A stretch of DNA of 64,000 nt from an uncultured bacterium (GCA_964586775.1 CAZPJD010000225.1:464-64463); one strand, 5' to 3'; shown: positions 25,013 through 33,894, counted from the stretch's first letter. Numbers and translations are program-made. The notes: a model not told the origin generated them from the letters alone.

Positions 25013-27874
25013 TCAACAGCCGCAGCCGTCGTCGTCGTCATCGCCGCCGCCGTCCGCCGCCGACGCGTCGTCGTCCGACGTATCGTCGTCCATCGAATCG
25101 TCGTCGGTGATGTCGTCGTCCGCCGTGTCATCGTCGACCGTGTCGTCGTCGTCGGTGTCGTCGTCCAACGTATCGTCATCCGTCGTGTCGTCATCGACGG
25201 TGTCGTCGTCGACGTCGTCATCCGCGTCGTCGTCGGTATCGTCGTCGCCGGGGATCGTGGTCGTCGTGGTCGATGTCGTGGACGTGGTGGTTGCAGTCGT
25301 GGACGTGGTGGTCGTTGTCGGCGTGCCGGTGCTCGGCCATCCCACGACCTCGATGTTGTCGAGGCCCCAGTACTGCGCGTCGAGCCCCGCGTTCTTGTAA
25401 TAGAAACGCACGAAGACCTGCGGATACAGATCGGCTTCGGGCAGGTCGAAGGTCACCGCGCCCTCCTGATCCGCACCCCAGTTCACCAGATTCGTCCACG
25501 TCACCCCGTCGTAGGACCACGCCACCTGCGCGCGGTCGAGCAGGCCGTGCCGATACTCGTGCCGGAAACGCAGTTCGATGCCCTCGTGGTGCGAGCAGTC
25601 GAGCGCGGGCGTGATGAGCTGTTCGTCGAGACGCTGGAACTCGCCCGTCGTCTCCTTATCCGCGGCGACGAAGCGGTCCATCCAATGCGGCGAGCTGCGC
25701 GATCCCGCGTTGTCGCTGTTCCACGTCACGGTGTTCGATCCGCCGTCCACGATCTGCCAGGGACGCGGCTCGAGATCGAAGTTGTCGAAGAAGATGCGGT
25801 CGGGCCCGGTGGGCGACGCGGTCACCTCCACCGTGTTGCCGTCGCAGTTGCCGAAGGGATCGCACGCGCGCACCACGTAGTACCAATCCGCGCCGTTGGG
25901 CGCCCATTGATCGAGCCAGGGCGACTCGGTCGCGGTGTCGATGGGGTCGTCGAAATCCTGAGCCCCGGACGCGTCCGCGCGGTAGATGCTGTAGACCACC
26001 ACGCCCGTGTCGGCCGCGGGATCCCACGTGATCTCGGCCTCGTTGTCGAGGCCCGTCGCGCCGGTCGCGCCCGCGAATGTCGGCGCGGCGCAGTCGGCGC
26101 TTGCGATTTTCGTCTCGACGACGTTGATGCCGCCCTCGCCGTCGTTGGCGTCGGTGTAGGTGACCGTGATCGTGTCGCCGTTCGCGAGTTGCAGCACGCC
26201 GTCGGCCGCGGGCGCGCCGGTCGCGGTGGCGATCTGGCCGCGGAAGAGGCCGTCCACTTCCGCGTCCTCGGTCAGGGCGAGCGTCTCGCCGCCAGGCTCG
26301 GTCGTGCTCTTCACGTTCACGTTCAGCGTGCCCGACAGATCGCCCTCGGTCACGGTGACGCGCACGACGTCGTCGCACGAGTACAGCGCACGGTCGATGG
26401 AGAGCGTCGCGTTCGACGTGACCATCTCGGCGAGCAGCCACCAGTACGCCTCGACCACGTCGATGCGCCCGCGCCCGTAGACGTTGTCCTCGCCGGCCGC
26501 GCCCAGATCGACGGCGGTCTCGTAGAGCGCCATCTTCACCTGCTCCACCGTCGCCTCGGGAAAAGCGCCGCGCAGCAGGATCGCCGCGCCGGTCACCGCG
26601 GGCGTGGCCATCGAGGTGCCGCTCATGGTGCTGTAGTTGTTGCCCGGCACCGACGACATGACGTTGTCGCCGATCGCCGAAACCTCGGGCTTGAGCGTCA
26701 GATTGTCGCAGCGCGACGGCCCGCGCGACGAAAAACTCGTGATCGTCGTGTTGTCCTGCTTGAGCGCGCCCACCGCAAAGGTGTTGAGCGACGTCGTGAT
26801 GCGATTCCCCGGCGAACGCAGCGATTTCGCCGTGGGTCCCTCGTTGCCCGCCGCGAAGAGCACCACCACGCCCGCGGCCTCGGCCGCGTCGATCGCCGCG
26901 TAAAAGTCGTTCGCGCACGACGGATTCGGGATGCCCCACGAGTTGTTCACCGCGTCGGGCACGTCGTCCACCGTGCCGGGGTTGCCGTCGGGATCCGCCA
27001 TCCACTCGAACGCGCCGATCGCGTCGCTGTAGATGTTGCCGCCGGGTACGTCGATCGTCTTCGCGCCGATCCACTTCGCGCCCGGGGCCATGCCGATCTG
27101 GTGCCCCGCGCCGTCGTCGCCCAGGATCGTGCCGAGGGTGTGCGTGCCGTGCGAGCCGGAGTCCGTCGGGAAGGTCTCGCTGCCGACGGGATCGAACCAC
27201 GCGTGCTCGGGCAGCACGCCGCCGTCGAGCCCGCGCCACCGATCGGCGAACGCGGGGTGCGTGGCATCCGCGCCCGTGTCCTGATCGCAGGCCAGCGCGC
27301 CCGTGCCGTCGTAGCCCATCGCCCACAGCTCCGGCGCGCGCGACGCCGTGATGCTGCCCAATATGCCCGTGGCCACGTCATCGGCGGCGATCGCGTCGCC
27401 CACGGCGACCGGTTCGATCAGCTCCAGCGGCGGATCGAGATAGACATTCGCGATGTCGCGCCGCGCGCGCAGCGTTTCGATGTACGCCGCGTCGGCCTCG
27501 ATCGCGACCGCGTTGGCGATCCAGAATGGACGCACCCGGCGCACCGCCGCCCCCGCGCCCGCGAGCGTGCCCAACAGCGCGCCCTGCGTGGACGCGGCCA
27601 TGTCCTGCAATTCCTCGATGACGAGCGCGTGGCGCTGCGCCCGGGTCAGGCGCGCGTCGTCCATGAACGCGGTGAGCGCGGCCAGATCCACCGATTCGGC
27701 CATCGTGAGGTAGATGTTCAGCGTTTCGCCGGGCGCGGCGGCGGCCAGCACGTCCTCGAGCGCGTCGTCGAAACGCGCGGCGTTCGCGACGGAGGGCGAA
27801 ATCGCGAGAAGAATCAGCAGAGCGACAAAGGAAACATGGCGGGAAAAACGCAACGTGGACATGGCAACTCCCAT
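25013..27874 (-). CDS. Secreted subtilisin-like serine protease (S8) with propeptide, FN3 and jelly-roll C-terminal domains, poly-Thr linker and (DDDx)n-GCGC C-terminal tail
   Basis: Signal peptide; catalytic triad blocks 'DTGADATHPAF', 'SHGTHTLGTI', 'GTSMATPAVTG'; C-terminus 'TTTTTSTTATTTSTTSTTTTTIPGDDDTDDDADDDVDDD...DDDDDGCGC*'. Confidence 0.85.
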   Translation of the reverse strand: MGVAMSTLRFSRHVSFVALLILLAISPSVANAARFDDALEDVLAAAAPGETLNIYLTMAESVDLAALTAFMDDARLTRAQRHALVIEELQDMAASTQGALLGTLAGAGAAVRRVRPFWIANAVAIEADAAYIETLRARRDIANVYLDPPLELIEPVAVGDAIAADDVATGILGSITASRAPELWAMGYDGTGALACDQDTGADATHPAFADRWRGLDGGVLPEHAWFDPVGSETFPTDSGSHGTHTLGTILGDDGAGHQIGMAPGAKWIGAKTIDVPGGNIYSDAIGAFEWMADPDGNPGTVDDVPDAVNNSWGIPNPSCANDFYAAIDAAEAAGVVVLFAAGNEGPTAKSLRSPGNRITTSLNTFAVGALKQDNTTITSFSSRGPSRCDNLTLKPEVSAIGDNVMSSVPGNNYSTMSGTSMATPAVTGAAILLRGAFPEATVEQVKMALYETAVDLGAAGEDNVYGRGRIDVVEAYWWLLAEMVTSNATLSIDRALYSCDDVVRVTVTEGDLSGTLNVNVKSTTEPGGETLALTEDAEVDGLFRGQIATATGAPAADGVLQLANGDTITVTYTDANDGEGGINVVETKIASADCAAPTFAGATGATGLDNEAEITWDPAADTGVVVYSIYRADASGAQDFDDPIDTATESPWLDQWAPNGADWYYVVRACDPFGNCDGNTVEVTASPTGPDRIFFDNFDLEPRPWQIVDGGSNTVTWNSDNAGSRSSPHWMDRFVAADKETTGEFQRLDEQLITPALDCSHHEGIELRFRHEYRHGLLDRAQVAWSYDGVTWTNLVNWGADQEGAVTFDLPEADLYPQVFVRFYYKNAGLDAQYWGLDNIEVVGWPSTGTPTTTTTSTTATTTSTTSTTTTTIPGDDDTDDDADDDVDDDTVDDDTTDDDTLDDDTDDDDTVDDDTADDDITDDDSMDDDTSDDDASAADGGGDDDDDGCGC

Positions 27875-27967
27875 CGGGACCGGACCCGGCGGGATTCTAG
27901 CGCAATTCGCGGCGGAATTGCAGGGAGGTTGAGGGCGATTTGGTAGCGTGTCAGCGCAGTTCGACGC

Positions 27968-28231
27968 TCACGCGCTTGTCCGCGGCCGTAGCGGAATGAA
28001 GACGACCTCGGACTGCGCGCCGACTTCGGGCTTTTTGGAATGCGGAGGCGGAGCGAGCCCGCGCTCAAACTCGACGATCAGGGTCTCGTTGAGCGCGTCT
28101 TCGGCCATCTCCACGGCGTGCTCGCGCGTTTCGCCGAACGTGTTGATGTGCGGATGGTCGGGAAAAGAGACGATCACCGTTCCGCTTCGCCGGTCTTTCT
28201 TCAGGATCGCGAAGTATCCATCGTTGTCCAT
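27968..28231 (-). CDS. HicB-family (UPF0150) antitoxin-like protein, no adjacent HicA
   Basis: 87 aa 'YFAILKKDRRSGTVIVSFPDHPHINTFGETREHAVEMAEDALNETL'; 13 bp downstream of argS. Confidence 0.55.
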   Translation of the reverse strand: MDNDGYFAILKKDRRSGTVIVSFPDHPHINTFGETREHAVEMAEDALNETLIVEFERGLAPPPHSKKPEVGAQSEVVFIPLRPRTSA

Positions 28232-28244
28232 CGCTCACTGATTC

Positions 28245-29897
28245 CTACATCGCCTCGGGCGCGGCGATGCCGAGAATGGCGAGCGCGTTCGCCGTCGCCT
28301 GTTTCACCGCGGCGCATAGCGCCAGGCGCGCGGCGGTGAGGGCCGCGTCGTCGGTCAGGATGCGGTGCTGGAAGTAGTAGGGGTGGAAGAGCCCGGCGAG
28401 CTCGGACAGGTAAACGGTGAGCCGGTGCGGCTCGCGCCCCTGCGCCGACTGCGTGACGATGTTCGGCAGCTCGGCGAGGCGCTGCGCGATCTCGAGTTCC
28501 TGGGGCGCGGCGAGTTTCGCGAAGTCCACGTCCGCCGCGCGGGGAATCGCCACGCCGGCCTCGGCGGCCTTGGCGAAGATGGAGCAGATGCGCGCATGCA
28601 TATACTGCACGTAAAAGACCGGGTTCTTGTTCGACTGTTCCTTGGCGAGATCGACATCGAAGTCGAGCTGCGCGTCGTAGCGGCGCATGAGGAAGAACCA
28701 GCGCGTGGCGTCGCGGCCGACCTCTTCGCGCAATTCCTGCAACGTGTAGAACTCGCCCGCCCGGGTGGACATGCTCACGCGCTCGCCGCCGCGCATCAGG
28801 CTCACCATCTGGATCAGCAGCACCGACAGCGCGTTCGGATCGAGGCCGAGCGACGCGATCGCCGCCTTCATCCGCGCCACGTAGCCGTGGTGATCGGCGC
28901 CCCAGATGTCGATCAGCTCGTCGAAGCCGCGCGCGATCTTGTCGGCGTGATACGCCACGTCGCCCGCGAGATAGGTCTTTTCGCCGTTGCTCTTGACGAG
29001 CACGCGGTTTTTCTCGTCGCCGAAACGCATGGTGTCGAGCCATAGCGCGCCGTCGTCGTCGAACGCGAATCCGCCCTCGCGCAGCGTGCGCAGCGTGGCA
29101 TCCACCGTGCCCGCGTCGTAGAGCGTCTTCTCCGAAAAACAGCGGTCGAAACGCACCCCGAGGGCTTCGAGGTCGTCGAGAATTTCGCGCAGGATGCGCC
29201 CGCCGGTCCACAGCGAGATCTCGGGGATGTCGGCCTCGGTCACGCCGTCGCCGCGCTCGGCGCGCAGGGCGCGGGCGTGGTCGATCATGTAATCGCCCTG
29301 ATAGAGCCCCTGCTCCAGCGGCCCGGTCTTTCCCTCGATGAGCTGCCGGTAACGCAGAACCGTCGAACGCCCGAGGGTCTGGATCTGCAGGCCAGCGTCG
29401 TTGACGTAGTACTCGCGTTCGACCGCGAATCCCGCCGCGGCGATCAGGTTGGCGAGCGCGTCGCCCACCACCGCCCCGCGCCCGTGGCCGATGTGCAGAG
29501 GGCCCGTGGGATTGGCCGAGACGAACTCCACCAGCACGCGCTTCCCCGCGCCCGCCGTCGTGCGGCCGAAGTTCGCGCCCTCGGCCTCGATGCGACGCAC
29601 CACCTCGAAGACGCTCGCGGTGTTGACGAAGAGATTGATGAAGCCCGGCCCGGCGATCTCGCAGCGGCGCACCAGCCCGTCGGCGTCGCCGAGTTCTTCG
29701 ACGAGGGCGGTCGCGATTTCGCGGGGATTTTTCCCGACGGCTTTGGCGAACATCATCGCCACGTTGGTGGCATAGTCGCCGTGGTCGGCGTGCTTGGGGA
29801 TGGTGAGCTGCACGTCGGGGACGCGCGCGTCCGTGCCCCACTTCGTCGCCGCGCGCCCGAGCGCCTCGCCGATCCTCGCCGCCAGTTGCTCCTTCAT
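28245..29897 (-). CDS. argS: Arginine--tRNA ligase
   Basis: Class I 'HIGHGRGAVVGDALANL' motif, anticodon-binding C-terminal domain ending '...GIAAPEAM'; start chosen at MKEQLAARIG (the ORF extends 6 codons further to 29915). Confidence 0.9.
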   Translation of the reverse strand: MKEQLAARIGEALGRAATKWGTDARVPDVQLTIPKHADHGDYATNVAMMFAKAVGKNPREIATALVEELGDADGLVRRCEIAGPGFINLFVNTASVFEVVRRIEAEGANFGRTTAGAGKRVLVEFVSANPTGPLHIGHGRGAVVGDALANLIAAAGFAVEREYYVNDAGLQIQTLGRSTVLRYRQLIEGKTGPLEQGLYQGDYMIDHARALRAERGDGVTEADIPEISLWTGGRILREILDDLEALGVRFDRCFSEKTLYDAGTVDATLRTLREGGFAFDDDGALWLDTMRFGDEKNRVLVKSNGEKTYLAGDVAYHADKIARGFDELIDIWGADHHGYVARMKAAIASLGLDPNALSVLLIQMVSLMRGGERVSMSTRAGEFYTLQELREEVGRDATRWFFLMRRYDAQLDFDVDLAKEQSNKNPVFYVQYMHARICSIFAKAAEAGVAIPRAADVDFAKLAAPQELEIAQRLAELPNIVTQSAQGREPHRLTVYLSELAGLFHPYYFQHRILTDDAALTAARLALCAAVKQATANALAILGIAAPEAM

Positions 29898-29978
29898 CGT
29901 TCGTTCTCGCTCCAAATATTGTTTCTCGACCGCGCGATCGTCGCGGCCCTCATAACACGGTGTTCGAGACCAGACCCG

Positions 29979-31547
29979 CTAGCACCCGCATCCGTCGTCG
30001 TCGTCATCGTCGTCGTCGTCGCCGTACGCGGGGATGTCGGTGGACGTGTCGTCGTCACCGGAATCGTCATCCGCCGTATCGTCATCCGCGGTGTCGTCGT
30101 CGGAATCGTCGTCCGCCGTATCGTCGTCGCTATCGTCGTCGCTGTCGTCATCGGTGTCGTCATCGTCGGGTTCGATCAGATCGTCGTCGCCGAAGGGTCC
30201 GCCGCCGGGCAGGATGCCGTAGTACACGCCCATCCAGTAGCCGACGAGGTAGTCCATACCCGGGCCCACATAGCGCTGGTCCTCGCCGTGGTTGCAGCCC
30301 GTCTCGAAGGGCGTCGACTGCCAATACATGTCGGTCCAGTGCCGGTCGTCCAGCTCGCGCGCCTCGGCGGTGATCGGGTCGATGTTGATGAGATCGTTCA
30401 GCCACGGGTACTGGTTGCCCAGCTCGTCGAGCAGCACCGACAGCGGATCGAGCGGCATGTCCGAGCACGTGCGCGCGCGGCGGTAGCTCGGCGCGTCCCA
30501 ATATCGGCCCAACGTGTTGAAGTGGTCGTCCTCGATCCAGTCGTAATCGTCTTCCACGCAATTGCCGAGACGCAGGCAGCCGGTCACGTGCGTCGAATCG
30601 AACCAGGGGTTGTGCGTTCGTTCCACATAGGGGCGGTTGTAGGTCATCCACAGATCGTAGAGTTCCTCGAGCCGCTCGCGATCCGGCCACAGGCGAAACA
30701 CCGCCTGAAAATCCAAATGACGCAGGTTGTTGCCGTAGTACTCGGTGTACTTGTTGTATCCGGCCCAGATGTCCACCGCGAGCACGGGCCGCCACAGGTT
30801 GTACTGCTGGTCGAGCAGTTCCCAAATCTCGGGTGTGTCGATCACGTACGCGGCCTGCACGAGCCACGCGATGCGCTTCATCGGGCCGATCCACGCCGCG
30901 CCGTTGCCCGTGTATTCGCCGTTCTGGTCGGTGATGTTCCAGTCGTTCGTCGTGAGCATCTCGATCACGTCGATGATGTCGTCGCGGATGCCCGCGCGCA
31001 CGTCCTCGTGCTCGGCGAGTCCTTCGAGCGCCTGATACGAGAGCACCATGCCCCACCACCAGCCGCTGTATTGGTCGCGGCTCGTGTGATCGACCCAGTA
31101 GAGCCCCGCGAACTCGCCCTCGCCGTGATTTTTCCAGTCGTTGTCATCGCCCTGGCCGCAGTTCCACGGGGCGATGTCCTCGCCCGCGAAGCGAGCGATG
31201 TAGCCCAGCGTCTGCGTGATCGCCATGGCGGTGCGCATGTATTCGACCACGCGCAGCACCTCGTCGAGCGCGCCCTCGTCGCCCGTGGCCATGTAGCGCA
31301 GCGCCTCGGCGCCCAGGTACATGCCCGTCCAGATCATGCTGTCGCCCTGATGGTGCAGGCAGCCGATCTCGGTACGCGTCTCGTCGGTGAACTCGACCGC
31401 GCCGGTGAGCGCACCGAGGCTTCCGTTGTGCCAGGTCTCGATCCACTCCTGATACGCCTCGGCTTTGGCGTGCAGATCGGGATCGAAATCGGCCCACGCG
31501 GGGGAAACCGCGAGACAAATCGTCAGAATCAACAGCGCGCGTCGCAT
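29979..31547 (-). CDS. Secreted protein of unknown function with C-terminal (DDDx)n acidic repeat ending -DDDDDDDDDGCGC
   Basis: Signal peptide 'MRRALLILTICLAVSPAWA'; Trp/Tyr-rich globular body; tail 'DDDDTDDDSDDDSDDDTADDDSDDDTADDDTADDDSGDDDTSTDIPAYGDDDDDDDDDGCGC*'. Confidence 0.7.
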   Translation of the reverse strand: MRRALLILTICLAVSPAWADFDPDLHAKAEAYQEWIETWHNGSLGALTGAVEFTDETRTEIGCLHHQGDSMIWTGMYLGAEALRYMATGDEGALDEVLRVVEYMRTAMAITQTLGYIARFAGEDIAPWNCGQGDDNDWKNHGEGEFAGLYWVDHTSRDQYSGWWWGMVLSYQALEGLAEHEDVRAGIRDDIIDVIEMLTTNDWNITDQNGEYTGNGAAWIGPMKRIAWLVQAAYVIDTPEIWELLDQQYNLWRPVLAVDIWAGYNKYTEYYGNNLRHLDFQAVFRLWPDRERLEELYDLWMTYNRPYVERTHNPWFDSTHVTGCLRLGNCVEDDYDWIEDDHFNTLGRYWDAPSYRRARTCSDMPLDPLSVLLDELGNQYPWLNDLINIDPITAEARELDDRHWTDMYWQSTPFETGCNHGEDQRYVGPGMDYLVGYWMGVYYGILPGGGPFGDDDLIEPDDDDTDDDSDDDSDDDTADDDSDDDTADDDTADDDSGDDDTSTDIPAYGDDDDDDDDDGCGC

Positions 31548-31578
31548 CGTTCACCTCGCGAAAAGGGGTCTCGCCATG

Positions 31579-31917
31579 TCACGGCAGGCCCGGAAAGTTC
31601 TCGACGAACTGGATCTTGAGATCGGGGAAGGAATCGACGTACTGCACCTTCAGGTCCGGGAAGTTTTCGACGAACTGCCACTTGCCGCACGCATCGGGGA
31701 AGTGCTCGACGTGCTTGACCTTCAGGTCGGGGAACGACTGCACCGTCTGGATCTTGATGTCGGGGAAATTCGAGACGATCTTGACCTTGCCGTAGAGCTT
31801 GAAGCCCTTGAACGTGCAGTCGGGTCCGACCTTCTTGTCCGACGAACCCGCCGACGACGCGACCAGCGACAGCGCAATCGCGACGATCACCAGACGAACG
31901 AAAGACGGGGTGCGCAT
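31579..31917 (-). CDS. Small secreted tandem-repeat protein (~12-aa 'FPDLKVxxVExx' repeats x5-6)
   Basis: GGGAGGGAGGAG RBS; signal peptide 'MRTPSFVRLVIVAIALSLVASSAG'; DNA-level 33-36 nt tandem repeats; 31 bp upstream of the poly-D secreted protein gene on the same strand; hidden inside larger spurious ORFs in the table. Confidence 0.5.
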   Translation of the reverse strand: MRTPSFVRLVIVAIALSLVASSAGSSDKKVGPDCTFKGFKLYGKVKIVSNFPDIKIQTVQSFPDLKVKHVEHFPDACGKWQFVENFPDLKVQYVDSFPDLKIQFVENFPGLP

Positions 31918-32006
31918 GCTCCTCCCTCCCAAGGCGAGCGGGAGTTTTCCAGAACGCGAAGCGAATGTCCATGCAAAGCGCGTGAAAAGAGCGAAGGAAG
32001 AGGGAA

Positions 32007-33020
32007 TCAGATCTCGCCGCGGCCCTTCGCCGAATCGGTCAGATCGATCAACTCCGCGGGATACGGACGCAGCAGGCTCTGGCGGCGCAGGTAGTCGTAG
32101 CCTTCGCGCTCGGACCACGACGCCAGCAGGGCGATCGGCGCGGCGAGCGGCGCGCGGCGTTCGCGGTATCGCCGCACGAGCTGAAGGTAGTGGCTCTTCT
32201 CGGCGTGCGATAGCGACTTCTTGAAAAACCCGAACGCGTGCTCCAGCGCGTTGATGACCGCGCCGCGCCGCCACGGCGCGTCGAAGACCCCGGCCAGCGT
32301 TTCGGCGTAGGCGGCGAACACGTCGTCGGGCGCAAGGGCGTCGCGATTCGCCACGACGTTGCCAAGCGCTCGCATCGCCGATTCGCGTGCGGCCATGAGC
32401 AGGAACTTGTGGCGGGCGTGAAAGTCGACGAGCGCGCTGATGCGGCCGGTCGCCCTTGCGGCGCGCAGCTCGGCAAACGTGAAGATGCGAATCAGAAAGC
32501 GCTCGCGGATCACGAAGTTCGACAACCGCCCTTCGTCCTCGACCGCGCCCTCGCCGAACCGTTGCAGCACCTCGGCGGCGAACAGCCCCGCGCCCTTGCC
32601 CGACGCCATCGCATCGGCGCCGGCGTGCGCGTAGTGCTTCACGTCGCGCGGGCCGCACGAGGGCGAGCGCGACTTGAGGAGAAAGCCGTCGATCGGCCCG
32701 AGTGCGTCAAGCGTCGTCCTCGTCCACGCGCGCATGTCGTCGGTGACGTCGCGGCCCGATTCGGGCTGCACCAGTCGCGGCTCGTCGCCGCGCAGGGTGA
32801 TGCGCACCGGCGGGCGTGGCGTGCCCAGACCGATCTCGGCTTCGGGGCAGTGCGTCACGAGGTCCGCGTGCGCCGCGAGTCGCTCGACAAAGTCGTCGCG
32901 CAGAATCGCCCCGTCCCAACGGCACGCCTCGAAACCCAAACACCGGCTGACAAAGACACGGGGCCGCGCGAATGTGAGTTCGTCGGGATCGACGGTGGTG
33001 GTGCGAGGGGTCATGCGCAC
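32007..33020 (-). CDS. DUF523 (Cys-rich, TudS-like) + DUF1722 domain protein (YbgA-like)
   Basis: N-terminal 'RCLGFEACRWDG' Cys motif; C-terminal 'FHARHKFLLMA...HYLQLVRRYRE' DUF1722-like region. Confidence 0.7.
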   Translation of the reverse strand: MRMTPRTTTVDPDELTFARPRVFVSRCLGFEACRWDGAILRDDFVERLAAHADLVTHCPEAEIGLGTPRPPVRITLRGDEPRLVQPESGRDVTDDMRAWTRTTLDALGPIDGFLLKSRSPSCGPRDVKHYAHAGADAMASGKGAGLFAAEVLQRFGEGAVEDEGRLSNFVIRERFLIRIFTFAELRAARATGRISALVDFHARHKFLLMAARESAMRALGNVVANRDALAPDDVFAAYAETLAGVFDAPWRRGAVINALEHAFGFFKKSLSHAEKSHYLQLVRRYRERRAPLAAPIALLASWSEREGYDYLRRQSLLRPYPAELIDLTDSAKGRGEI

Positions 33021-33103
33021 GTTTTAGCGCGAACGCGATGCGGTGACCAGAAAGAGGGTTGGAGTATCAGGATCAGACCTCGGCGCCCGACAGCACACGA
33101 AGC

Positions 33104-33319
33104 CTAGCCAACGGCGATCTCGAGCTGCGTGACGAAGACATCGCGGCGAAGTCGTCGGCTCACCTCTTCCGCGGGCGCCGCCTCGAAAAACAACTCCAAC
33201 GCTTCGCGAAGGTTGTCGCGCGCTTCCTCGATCGTGTCGCCCTGACTGGCGATGTCCAATTCCGGACACAACGCGACGTATCCCTCTTCGTCCTGCTCGA
33301 TCACCGCGGTCATGCGCAT
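33104..33319 (-). CDS. HicB-family (UPF0150) antitoxin-like small protein, orphan
   Basis: 71 aa 'EEGYVALCPELDIASQGDTIEEARDNLREALELFFE'. Confidence 0.5.
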   Translation of the reverse strand: MRMTAVIEQDEEGYVALCPELDIASQGDTIEEARDNLREALELFFEAAPAEEVSRRLRRDVFVTQLEIAVG

Positions 33320-33471
33320 GGCGGACTCTCCTTGGATCTGTTGAATAGACTCCGGCGCTCGCGCGGCGTTGTCAATTGTTCGGGCTCGCCGTCGTCTTCG
33401 TGTTCCCCGTCTTCATTGACAGTGCCCCGCGCGCCGCTAACATCGGCGCCACGGGGAGGGCGCGCTCGCCC

Positions 33472-33894
33472 ATGTTCGACGTCGGCGGCTCCGAAATCCT
33501 GCTCATTCTCTTCCTCACGCTGCTCGTGATGGGGCCGAAGAATATCCCCAAGATCGCGCGCACGCTGGGCAAGACCATGCAGCAGGTCCGGCGCATCACC
33601 AACGAATTCAAGCATGCGATGGAAGACGAGATCCGAGTGCTGGAACTCGAGGAACTCAAGACGGAGCGCGCCAAAACTTCGGCAAATCGCCCCGCCGAGC
33701 CCGTCGCCGCGCGGTCGAATTCCGCCGATGCCGAGGGTCCCGCCACACCCGCCACGCCGGCGGGGGAGCCGGTCGTCGAGACCGTCAATCCGGCGGCGGA
33801 GATCCCGGTCGAGCGCGAGCGAACGGGAGCGCATCCCACCACGCCGTCCACCGAGACGGCGGCGCGTGGCGCGAACGACGGGGGCGCGGCGTGA
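33472..33894 (+). CDS. tatB: Sec-independent translocase TatA/TatB-family protein (TatB-like length)
   Basis: 'MFDVGGSEILLILFLTLLVMGPKNIPKIARTLGKTMQQVRRI' TM + amphipathic helix, then a long acidic/Pro-rich tail; immediately upstream of tatC. Confidence 0.75.
   Translation: MFDVGGSEILLILFLTLLVMGPKNIPKIARTLGKTMQQVRRITNEFKHAMEDEIRVLELEELKTERAKTSANRPAEPVAARSNSADAEGPATPATPAGEPVVETVNPAAEIPVERERTGAHPTTPSTETAARGANDGGAA

Noticed and set aside
25001-27946. 981-aa plus-strand ORF
   Set aside because: It is antisense to the S8 protease, which has the full Asp/His/Ser catalytic triad. It is Arg/Val/Gly-rich with no motifs.
29277-31619. 780-aa plus-strand ORF
   Set aside because: It is antisense to argS and to the poly-D secreted protein. 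It has no motifs.
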